Below are positions 24,470 to 35,863 of a stretch of 64,000 bases of DNA, one piece after another. Made by a program: the position numbers and the translations under genes. The notes under the pieces were generated by a model. It searched no databases. It saw only the letters and a list, made by a program, of their open reading frames with translations, and was not told where the DNA came from. The stretch's first letter is position 1; each line of letters opens with the position of its first letter. The stretch comes from Azolla caroliniana. Lineage: Eukaryota > Plantae > Polypodiophyta. The stretch is taken from the NCBI GenBank assembly GCA_043228905.1, contig JBHGNT010000001.1, forward strand, positions 11,656,001 to 11,720,000, given 5' to 3'.

Positions 24470-24819
24470 TGTCACGGATAGATCATAAGCTCAAGAGACA
24501 AGAAAGAATATAGACAAATGGATGAGTAGTATGAACGGAAAGACTCCATAACTGGTGTTGTGCACCTTGAATTCCTTCAAGGTGAACTCCTCTATTTATA
24601 CTACATGGCATGCATACTTGTTGCACGCATGTGAATCTACAATAGAGCATGTAGGTATGCATGCATGTGCCAAGTGTAAATACTACAAGGGAGCAACTAT
24701 GCACATGATGCTAGCAAAACAATAAGGACCAATTACATACATAACTGTGTACTAGATATATTGGTTAACCCATGATACTATATTATAACATGGTCGTGTC
24801 AAGAGTTCGAAACTTGACA
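24470..24819 (-). repeat. 5' LTR of the chromovirus
   Basis: TGTCA...TGACA termini, TATAAATA on the minus strand at 24600-24593, gag ATG at 24419. Confidence 0.95.
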
Positions 24820-27429
24820 CCTACACCGTGCCATTTGCATTTCCTTTTCTATCTTCTGGTTGCTCCACCATATTAAAGTTTCCTCCAATGATCCACAACT
24901 CAACCTCTAGTTTCTCATCCACTAGTTGCAAACAAAATTCTTTTCTTTCGGCAGCTGAATTTTGGGGCATATATGTTTAGTATGCCCAAGTGCCCACATC
25001 TATGTTTTATCCTTATATAGACACCACGACCCTCTATTAAACTCCCCTTATTTGTGCATGCAACAGTAAACTTAGCTTTCACAACTATAAGTACTCCCCC
25101 ATGAATCTGTCTATCCCTCGTAGTTGATGACCATGTATTGGTCCAATTCAAAGGGCAAATGCTTCCAATTTTATCTATCTTATCCCCATCTAGATGGTGC
25201 TCCTCCACCATGATAACATTAGGCACCACTGCCTCAGTGCAATGCTGAATTTCAATAGCCAATACATTCTTTTTCATCTAGAATTGGGTGCCACCAATTC
25301 CATGTATATTCGAAGTTAGCCAGCTAAGATTCATATAACCTGCATCTTCTATGGCCAGGCCAATGCATTTTCAGCTTCCAATATGGTAGTTAATATCCTA
25401 TCTTGGAGATTTTCCTCATCCAATTGTGTTAACACTTTAGGGAGGTATAACATGAATTATGTGATCATTTTAGGAAGCTTCTTAAATTTCACATTTATGT
25501 AGCATATGCCTTGCTCATTCACCTTGCCCAAACTCCAGATCATGGCATCTTTCCATTGTCTTCATGAACACCCATATTGCAGTACCATATGGTGAGTCTA
25601 CATGAACACCCATTTGTTGTTCCAACCATCCGAGTGCTTCTTCTCTGCTATGTGGTTCCTTATTTCCAATGGCCAGAATATAGGACAATCCAACGATCCG
25701 TCCTTCATCAATACAATTACCATATATTGACTCTAGACATGTTGTCCTTCTTCATATCACTTCCACACATTTCTTTGAACCACTTTTTGCCAGTCAGTTT
25801 CAATTTGATCTATTGTCTAGTATTCGATAAGGGGATCGCTTTGTATTGAAGATTCCAATTCACTCTCGGCCATTTACGCATACCTTTATTTTTCTCCATC
25901 CCCTTCCCCTCCTCTTTTCTAGCACGCATGTGCCTTTTCATTTTTGCTATCCCCTTAATATATTGGGTTGTCACCAGTGACTTAGCTTGCTCTTTGAAGG
26001 GGCTTACGACCTTTCCTAAATTGAATTATCCTTCCTCATCCATACTTTCATGATGCATCTAGTAGAATCATCCACTAACAAGTTGTCTTCCTATTGTAGT
26101 ATATGCATATCATTAATAGCTTCCTCATAGTTGCTCTTGTGATTTGCCTTCATTCTTGCTTCCCTTTCATTAGTTTTGTTTTCATTGTCCTCTAAGGTTA
26201 AGAGTGCGTATTTGTTGCTAACTGGGAGACATTCTTGTCCGACCATAATTTTTTGTTTTCCTTTATTGTTGTTATATTTCCACCCATCTTCATTCATACA
26301 CATTGCATGGTTTATTCGCTAATTATTTTGTTGCATCAAGACTTTGTTGTACTTTTCCATCCTTGCTTCCCATTTCTATGATGCATGTTCTCCTTACCTC
26401 TCGGGCATTCTCAGGCCCTATGCCCCATCTATCTACATGCAAAGCATTGCCCTAGGAGTCCATCATATTCCATTGTTTGTACATGGTCATGCATTTGTTT
26501 GCTGTTAAGCAACATCAATTGCGGTCTAAGGCCTTTACATTTGAGACAATTAATTTGATCTTCGGTGTTTCACTTATTCTCTCTACTAGAGTTTTTTCCA
26601 AGCATTGTCCTCCCAAACTTTTGCCAATGGCCGGGAGAAAGGACTCACATTGCTTAGGTAAACCATGGAAAAAGGTCGTTATCGCTGTTGGATTGCCTAT
26701 ACAAGCATCTACTTTACACATGTCAAAGTCTACATCCCAATTGAATACATAGGCTCTTGCATTGTGCCATGTCAGTGGGCTTCTCTCGATAATTTTGCAT
26801 ATATTTGTTTCAGGCATCACAATGACATGATAGAACCCCTTTCCCATCAATGTGATTTCCTTCATTTTGCCAAGGTCTTGTTGTAAATAGCTTTGTAGCC
26901 AGTCACGCAACAATGCTCTGTTAGGTCGACTACCCACCACTTTCACCACAAAGGATTCCCGTCTAAGACGTATTATTTCACTCTCCATAAGGCACTCTTC
27001 TTCCGGGGAGAGAACGAAGGCTCCCATTGCTTGCATAGAGGTACCATTCCGACTGTCCATCCCTTCTATTTCCTGTCTTGGAATAGCATCAATGCAATTA
27101 TACCTAAGTTCTTGACATACCTGCGTCCAGAGGGTTTTGGGTTGTTGTTCGTGCAGGTCTATTGCATCTGAGTCATCGTTCGATGACCCCTCTGCAGCCA
27201 TCACTCCTCTCATCCCCTTTGACGTCAGTTTCCCTCTGTTGTCGTCATTCGATCCTCCCTCTGCTATCGTTGCTCTTGCTCCTATTGCAAAAGGCTATGC
27301 ACAAACTTTATAAAATACTTTATATGAATATGAAACAAGTATTTATAAAATATAAGTTTTAAGCAAACTATAGCAAAATGTATACAAACTTGGTTTATGT
27401 TTAATGCTTTCATAATGATACGCACGGGC

Positions 27430-27850
27430 CAATGCTTGTAAACAAATGTTAATAAAGAAATGGCATGTGACTTTGAGATTAAATCTCTTGGAGAATTATG
27501 GTATTTTCTTGGTTTGGAAGTTGTGGAATGCCCTAATGGTCGTATGTTATGTCAGAAAAAATATGTAATGGATGATTTGAAAGCATTTGGTATACATGAT
27601 TGTAAAGTCATTAAAATACCAATGGAAAAAAATGCAAATCTTGGAGGAAAAAAGGAAAATCATTATGTTTGTGAAAAGGTAATTGCAGGGGTTATAGATT
27701 TAAAGTATGTATATCAAACATAACCCCTGCAATTACCTTTTCACAAACATAATGATTAATATTTCACTAAGGCCCTTCCAACATATGAATTATTCAAATT
27801 TTGAAAAAAGCAAGACTTAATTATATAAATATATGTTGAAGTGGAGAAGT
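27430..27850 (+). pseudogene. Highly decayed Copia RT/RNase H remnant with an internal deletion
   Basis: FEIKSLGELWYFLGLEV...CQKKYV joined to HYVCEKV..G.IDLKYV and IFTKAL. Purine tract near 27838-27849. Confidence 0.75.
27658..27757. repeat. Perfect 38-bp inverted repeat with a 24-nt spacer
   Basis: AATCATTATGTTTGTGAAAAGGTAATTGCAGGGGTTAT at 27658-27695 and its exact reverse complement at 27720-27757. Confidence 0.95.
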
Positions 27851-28440
27851 TGAATTAAGCATACAAGCACAAGTTTGGTAAGCTTAGACTTGAACCATAG
27901 ACCTCTTACATTGAGGTTATTGGTCATAGTAGTGACCATACCTCTCAGTGCCACTCATGTGACAACTTGTCACGTTTCATTGAGTAGGTGAGAAACAATA
28001 TGTGAAAAATATCATAGACGCATTATCATGAGTAAGATTATGGTAAACAAATAATATGAAGCTTTGATTAAAAATTTTAAGATTGAGATCCTTCTCTTTT
28101 TGTGTCTTGTGTTTTCTCAAACTTCCATGGAAAAATATAACCACCAAAACATGTATAATCTTACCGTCTTTCAATCTTGAATACTTCTAGCCTACTATCA
28201 TTCTTTCGATTGTATCTAAGAATCCTTTCATTTCCATGCATGTTGGCCATATCATTTGCATTAACATGACACTTCAAATTGATTATTACTCATATGCTAT
28301 GGCGAGGGTTGTAACATGTTCATAATCGCATTGGGCATCATTTCATAATGCTTCTATTATAATGTTGCAAATCGATATTTCATAATGCCGCTATAATAAT
28401 GTTGTGAATCAATATTCGGTCACCTACATGAAACAAGGCA

Positions 28441-28638
28441 TTGACTTTGAAACGGCATTAGTAAAGAGAACTTAAGCACAAGGTTCACATCTATCAGTCA
28501 CTAGTTAAGATGTTGACTTTGAAACGACATTCATAAAGAGAACTTCTGCACAAGGTTCACATCTATCAGTCACTAGTTAAGATGTTGACTTTGAAACAAC
28601 TTTCGTAAAGAGAACTTATGCACAAGGTTCACATCTAT
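28441..28638. repeat. 72-bp tandem repeat, ~2.7 copies
   Basis: TTGACTTTGAAAC...GCACAAGGTTCACATCTATC at 28441, 28513 and 28585. Confidence 0.92.
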
Positions 28639-29328
28639 CTCACTCATTAGTTGGAAGGTCTCTTTTCATCAACTAAACTTACACCCAAGTTTTCCCTTGA
28701 GAAGGTTGGCTAGCAATTTTCTAATGTGTCATCCACCAGAAGTATATATCAATTCACAATTTTTGAAGAAAAGCAAAAGAGCATTTCAACCGATGCATAG
28801 CTTAACAATTGCGGAAAGGGATTTGGCTTTGGAAAAAAATCGAGCGAAGCCTTATTTTGAGTTCCTCATCTACAAAGACCTATTAAATATCAAAGCTCAT
28901 AATTTTTGTGGAAATATGGGAGCCTTTTAAATAGGCTGGCTTAAGCTATTAACATTTGAACATACGGAGGATGTAAAGGCAAAAGAAGAAAACTCAAAGC
29001 TATGAGTGAATACATAATTTACCTTTTAGTATATACATATATCCCCATCCATATCTTATCTTTACATGAGAAGAGCTAAAGCATGGTGGACATTAGCATC
29101 CAACCACGAAAGGTCTTGCTTTTGGAGGATGGAGAACATATTCTACGTCTAGAGGATATACGTACTAGAATAGATGAGATAGATTTACATGGGGAATGGC
29201 TTGATAAAACTGAAGGTTTCACATAGAAGTTCGCAATGTTTGAGTTATCACCTACGATTATTATGATCGTAATAATCGTATGCCTTTCGCGAACAAAAGA
29301 CAACCTTTCCAGTATACGGAAGCTCACT

Positions 29329-31179
29329 TCAGCTCTCCTGACATGCATTTTTTTGGCGCATACGTGAGGCCCACGAGTCATTTCTCCGTTCCTTCATGAA
29401 GCTCCGAAGCTTAAGCTCAGAGAGTTGGATCTCCCAATGTGACCTCCAATCGGAAGGCTGTGCCTCCTGAGTAACACAAGAGAATAAAGGAACCATTCAA
29501 AAATTATGATGGGACCCAGACACTCAATTCTTTCTACAAAGTAAGCTCTTTTTTTTTTTTAAGAAGGAGAGTCCTCCTCACATTATTTCTATTAGGAGAA
29601 AGAAACTATACAATACTAGGATGGACTGGATCGACCCCATTTAACTAAATGTCAACACATTATTTTGATTACAAAGTTTTAATAGTCTCCCATGGCTTGG
29701 CTTGCTTGACACCTTATTTCTAATTCGAAAAGTTGTAAGGCACCCCGAAAGGATCGGACTCCTTATCTGCACTCCAAATAAGAGTGCTTTCATATGGTCG
29801 CGGTTCTTTGAACACATAGCCTTGCTCGTACCTAAGCATATAAAAATTGACCACCATGTTCCCTAAATTTTTACTAGCTTCCCAAAATAACCCTAAACCC
29901 ACTTTCGGACACTATGTGTAGCTACCCATGGTTAACCAAACCTCTTATCTCTAATTCTATGTGCTAAACCATGGTTAACATTTAGAATAGCATCATAAGC
30001 TAACTATGGTTAGTCCAACCAAGTAACCTTCACACCTATGTACTGTCACTGGTTAACTCAACCACTTTGACCTTCAAACTCTATGTGTAGTTAACCATGG
30101 TTAACCTTGACCTCATGTGCTAACCATAGTGACTGAACCTTCAACATCTATGTCCTAGGCATAGTAAAACCCAACCATTGAACCTTCAATCTATGTGCTT
30201 GGCATGGTAAAACCCAACCACTTAACCGTAATCTCTATGCGCTAACCGTGGATAACATTCGAATGGCACATGACCTAACTAGTAACCATGGTGAAACCAA
30301 TTACTTATAATAACGCTCTATGAGCTAATCATGGTTAACCCCACAATTAACACCAACTCTATGTGGAGCCAAGTAATTTTCAAGCTCGACATCTAGCCAA
30401 CCATGGTTAAATGAAACCCATTAACCTTTGATCTCTTATTTGTAGCTAACCATGGTTAAAGAAAGAACCCGAATTAACCTTTGATCTCTTATGTGTAGCA
30501 AACCATGGTTAGACTCCAACCACCTAAACCTAAATATAACCTCTATTAGAAGAAGCTAACCATGGATAACCAGAAACTAAACCTTAACCATTAGAGTCTG
30601 ACAGAAAACCGATCAATAGGAGGAGAAGGAAAAGAAGTAAAGGAATGGTACCTTATATATCTTTCCTGTGGCTCTGCCCATACTCGTGGCATGATCGTAG
30701 ATAGCTCTTCTTCTTGGGTCAGAGAGGGTTTCATAAGCCTCTTGTATTTCAATAAACCTTCGGGTGGACTCCTCTGTTAGATGAGAGGAGCAGACATCTG
30801 GATGATATCTGAGAGCAAGCTGCCTGTATGCTTGCTTTATATCAGAAAGACCCACATGGGGCGGGATCTCTAGCAGGTCATAGAGTGTTGAGGAGGGGGA
30901 GGATCGAGCACACACCAATCTCATGGATTGGTCCTCCTTCTTCGTCTTCGTCTTCGTCTTCTTCCAAGGGGAGGTGTTGGTATGTGCAGAGTGAAAGAGC
31001 TTCGTATCAGAAGGAGAAGAAAAGGAGGAGGAGAAGGAGGAGAAGGGGATAGCGTGTGGGAGAGAGGAGGACATCAGAGAAGAAGAAGAAGAAGAAGAAG
31101 AAGAGGAGGAGGGGGAAGGTTGAGAGCTCTTTGTTTGGATCACTTTGGTATTAAATATGTATGTAAAGGCTAAAGCCAT
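29329..31179 (-). CDS. Chloroplast DnaJ (type C J-protein), J20/DJC26-like, 221 aa; exons 31179-30652 and 29466-29329
   Basis: Ser-rich transit peptide. J-domain LYDLLEI...IKQAYRQLALRYHPD...YETLSDP. Phase-0 GT-AG intron. Exon 2 gives WRSHWEIQLSELKLRS...SWASRMR, which resembles the C-terminus of plant J20. Confidence 0.92.
29911..30590. repeat. Degenerate intronic minisatellite with palindromic core TAACCATGGTTA (~15 cores)
   Basis: CTATGTG(T/C)..TAACCATGGTTAACC variants recur every ~30-75 bp within the DnaJ intron. Confidence 0.8.
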
Positions 31180-34100
31180 TCCTCGCTAGAACTCAATTCA
31201 CTCACTCTGACTCACCTTTACCTCACCGAGTCAAAAAGCATCTTCTGGAGAAAACAAAAGGAAGACCTCCTATTGAGGCTCAGGCTCTCGGTTTAGGCTC
31301 AGGCTCTCGGCTCAGGATTTCAGCGGCTTGATCTGATTTTTACGCTCTGGCATGCTACTATTGCCATAATGCACCCCTTTTTTTTAACCCATCAAACCAT
31401 TCACCCAACATTGTATAAACACCCGGCTTTCCGAATTCGGGCGTTACCTAGATAGAGCAACCAAACTCTCGATGCACATTCTCTAGGTATGGTTAAGAAA
31501 AGATTATTGCCCTCGCAACATATACATGGCATAGAGCGATCGTTTTGCATGAAAAGAACGTCGAGCCGCATGAGTTTTTAGCTCGCGGAAAAATAGGAGG
31601 TAGTGTGTATTTCACTGCGAAACAATGTGAGAATCCGCCATTCCAAATAGTCTTTATTGCATCCAATTTTCAAATAAGTTATAGGTTCTATTCGCACGTA
31701 ATGGTTGAACAACTTTGAAAGTATGCCTCATGCATGCTACTGTAATGAATGAAGAGACAAATATTTGTTCAATATGATTACTCCAAACAAAAACCATTTT
31801 GTGCCCAAAGCATTGACATTTTCCGTAGCCATTTGTAACTTCCAATTCCTTCAATGGCAAGTAAATATTTTGTGGTGGAAACTTCTAAGAAACTTGACAC
31901 CTTTTTAGTCATGCTCATCAACACAATATATACTAGAGATAGGTCATTAGGGGTTCTAAGTCAGGGTGATGCTTTTGTTTTCTTAATGTAATATATCATT
32001 AGTAACTACCAAAAGGTGTTTTGTCATTGTTATTATTACCATTTAGCATGAGCCTTCAATGTTTCTAGAGAATAACACATTCGATGAGGTGTGTTTTTCA
32101 ACATCTTGACACTTGTTGAAGCCATTTCTGTTTATGGATATTATGTTTTGTTTAATAAAACTTCCAAAATGGAAGGTTAAACAAGAGAAAAAAAACTTTG
32201 TGGCGGAAAGGGTTACATAATCCAACTCGAGAGGCCATATATTTATGTTTTCATGGAGTGTCTCATTTTTGTCAACATTGTTATCTGTCTTTGCTCTACT
32301 CAACGAGAAAGCTAAATCGAAATGAAAGGGGGGAAAAATCTTAGTAGATGGTATTGCGTGTGTTTAAGCCTTATCGTTCTCGTTATTCTTAACCACTAAC
32401 TCTCATAGCATTGTCCCACATAAAAATCCACCTTTTTTAAGAATTGTCAATCCACACATCCATCTAGTTCATGCATCTTATATGGTCCATCTTGTTGATC
32501 CCTTACACTATTTCCACAATAATTAGTTTGGTACGCATCGTGATCTTTTATTTTTTGTGGTGTCAAGAAAATTATATTATGAATTATTATTTGATACCCT
32601 ACATATACAAATGGACCATAAGGCAATATGAATCCTCGTTAATTTTGAAAGGAATGTGAGTTGCATTGGAAGTCAAAGCAAAGAAATATCATAAAAGAGT
32701 TGCACAATAAGGAGGCCTAACTTATTTTCGTAAAGATAAACCCAATTCTTTTGTGTGGTAACCTTCTCAAGGGCTACATATGGACATTCGAATATGACAA
32801 AAGACGTTCTCATATGGGTTTCTTTTGTGTGTGTAGTTATGGAGAAGGATATGAGCAATATACTTCAACATTCCACATCTCTGATTACGACAAATTTATG
32901 GGTACATATATCTACAAATGTTTATTTTTGCTTGCATGTATGGATATCACATCAATTGATGGATAGGCCATTTTCTATTTTCCTTCTTAATATCAATATG
33001 ATGATTTTGAAATATTTTCCGACCTCATTGATTCCCTTTTGTACAAAAATGAGTCATCTCTTCTACAAAGGAAATAGGAGGGAACAATGCACCTCTCGAG
33101 TCTCTCCCCTCTTCATTTCTTCCAAGATTTGCATGATTACTTTAGTAGTTCAATACTAAGAAAGTTTACCACAAAAGTTTGTCCTTAGACTTGAGTCTTG
33201 ATTAACAATAACTACCATACATACCAATTTACCTTTTGGGAAAGTTTCACAAAAACCATCCAAATTTTGAAGCTCACCAAAGCAATGGCATTAAGACGTG
33301 CATAATGATTATGGAGCCAAAAGGAAATGCTTGTTCACCTTTGGACCATTCGAATGCTAATAGGCCCCAATCAAGCTTTAATGACCCTAATCATCCTTGT
33401 AATCAATTGCTATTAGTAAGTATGGACATATATAATCAACCAACAATCATCATGACAATCAAGTAGAAATCCCCACTATTTGAATCCCCTTCACCCAAAT
33501 TCAATGCGATTATAATCTACCACATATCCAACAAAAAGAAAAAGCATAAACATCTCAATAATTTGTCATTTTATGTTGAATCATATTATTATTTTTCCCA
33601 TGTCACAATAATATATGAGTCATGTTTGTTTGTTTTCTTCTATGTACTTATGTACATTTATTAGAAAAAGCTATCTTTCTTATGCTCTCTCTAGCTAATT
33701 ACTTGGGAACTTATATTGCTACTCATCATAGAGGTACTTTATTCAACGAGATTGGTTGCATGAGTTTTTTGGTGGCATGGCACAAATAATGATGGTAAAA
33801 GTAGTTTAAACTAATTTGCCTTTTTCTTTGAAGAATTTGAAATAGTTTTCATTTTTGGAAGCTTTTATGATTTTTCGAGTATATGATTTGAGCCAACATT
33901 GTCCTATTTTTTTATCAATTGTTGCATATTTTTGTTGTTCTTTTGGAAAAAACAAACAATTGAACATGAAAAAAAGTTAAAAGACGGGAGAAGCTTTGAA
34001 AAATAAACATCCCCCTCGATTCTTCATCATTGGTAAATCTCAAAGGCGTAAGCAATAGAGACATTTTGTCAAGCAATCACGATCTGCAAACATTTACATT

Positions 34101-35863
34101 TGCATGCACTATGAAGAAGAGACTCAAAAAGTTCTTGAGTCCCCACAAGTGTGAAATGGAACAAAAACTAATGCAATCAAATTTTAAATAAATATAAACC
34201 CAATAACTTGGCTTCTCTTAGAGGATCACTCACTCTGTCTGGCTTTTCGTAATTAGCTTACCCTAATGGCAAGCTATTAGACTACTAATCGTAGTCTCAA
34301 TTACTACATATATATTCTATTAATTTACTAAATGCCACTATGGAATGCAGTGGTTGAACATATGACCTTCTTGTTTCTTTATTGTCTCCATCAAGCAAAA
34401 TTACCAACGAAGCTACATCCATCTAGTCTCTCTCTCTCTCTAACCAATTGAAATCATGGCCATGGAAAGGGGTCGTCAAATACATGCTTAAGGTTCGAAA
34501 AAAGTTCCTCAACTCAACTTCCTAGAGTCGCATGGGAAGCAAACTAAAAGATCCAAAATACACTAGAACATAAAATTTTGCGTTCTAGAGTCATAATGTG
34601 GCATGTTCAAAGGTAGAAAACAGGGGAAAAGGGGATAGTCACAAAGTTTGAATATGTACATACCAAAAAAATACCTAATGGTTGTTGCCATTGCAGAATT
34701 TGAATCTTCACCATCACAATTATAAAGGAATCTTGAGAATCAAACTCAACTTCCCTAGGGTGGGAACACACCTTAGGAATAACCAAATGTGTGAACATCC
34801 CACCACTTTGTATCATAACTAACGTGTCATAAAGTTAAGTCCTATGACACATAGTTACGAGGTAGTTAAGTCTACACCTCCTTCCCAATAGGTGGTTGTA
34901 GTGAGAGAACATAGAGAGAAGGTGACTACATAAGCACCTTCTCCACTTGTTGTTGTTGGTTGTTTATTCTATTGTTAATGTAACAAATTTATTGTTTTCT
35001 GTATACGTTGTGTTTTATTTCTCTCTCTCTCTCACACACACACATCTCTTCCGCTGCACAAGATCACACCCAATTCTTTACATGGTATCAAAGCGATTGG
35101 TAACTTGATCCAAGCCCGCCTGCGCGTGTTGTGCTTACGCTGATGTTCACGAAGAACCGACTTATCGTTGTAGCAACAACCCTGCACAATTCGTATCACA
35201 AAGAAGAAAAAATCACAAGTTGACCACCATGAACACTCAGATTGACAACTCTCTCCCCAATGAAAAGCGGGACAAAAACAACTTCATATATTGGAAATAC
35301 AAGATGCACCAATACCTTGTCAACCAAGGTTATTGGAGTTATATCGAGGGAGCACAAGAAACGCAAGTCAACCCAACACACGCCGACTACCCAGCATGGG
35401 AGCAAGTGTCAAGCCATGTGTTGTATTACCTTGCATCATGTGTTCATTATCACATGTTCGACTACATTCGAGAGGCCAAAACGCCAAAGGAGGCGTGGGG
35501 GAACCTCAAAAAGATATTTGTGGCCAACACAACTGTATGAAAACTTCAACTTTGTTAGAGTTGAACAATATCCAACCGAGGGATATGTCAATCGACCGCT
35601 ACACCTTGAAGATCAAGGATTTGTGCGACTCCCTCGGGTAAATCAATGTCAACATTGATGACGATGAAATGGTGCAAATATGCCTCAGTGGCATAGCACC
35701 ACGGTTCGGCTACGCAATAAGGTCGTCATCCTCACAAGGAGAAATCGTCCTTCCTTCTTTGATCTCCAGTCGATGCTACTGGTCGAAGAAAATCATGTCC
35801 GAATAAGGAGCAATGCCCAAGAAGGTCACATGCCCTATTCGAACTCGGATGGAAGAAGGGGAC

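Larger units (their letters stand above)
19523..24819 (-). mobile_element. Complete chromovirus (Tcn1/Tf1-sushi-like Ty3/Gypsy) with decayed ORFs
   Basis: LTRs 24470-24819 and 19523-19869 differ at a few sites plus a 3-bp indel. TSD CCTAC, PPT GGAGGGGGAATAA. Gag PEKFDG and CMYCGASGHVVRHC, protease [18 protein letters not shown] and YLDDIL, RNase H TDAFDFAIG, integrase SISMDLI and GQTERVNQ, chromodomain EYEVDQIL..YLVLWRGY..ATWEP. Confidence 0.96.
14826..27290 (-). mobile_element. Full-length decayed L1-type LINE (ORF1 and ORF2) with nested insertions; 5' boundary approximate
   Basis: ORF1 at 27213-26400 (DUF4283-like MGKGFYHV; knuckle CFACR*MGHRA*ECP). ORF2 endonuclease from about 25335 (SNIHG, NIYAP, GGNFN, RLDKWY, SDHAPV), RT (AGIDG, LDFEKEYDRISW, QGCPLAS, YADDT), C-terminal IWRIWTTRC. 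A-rich tail at about 14826-14842. About 6.5 kb remains after removing the inserts. Confidence 0.88.
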
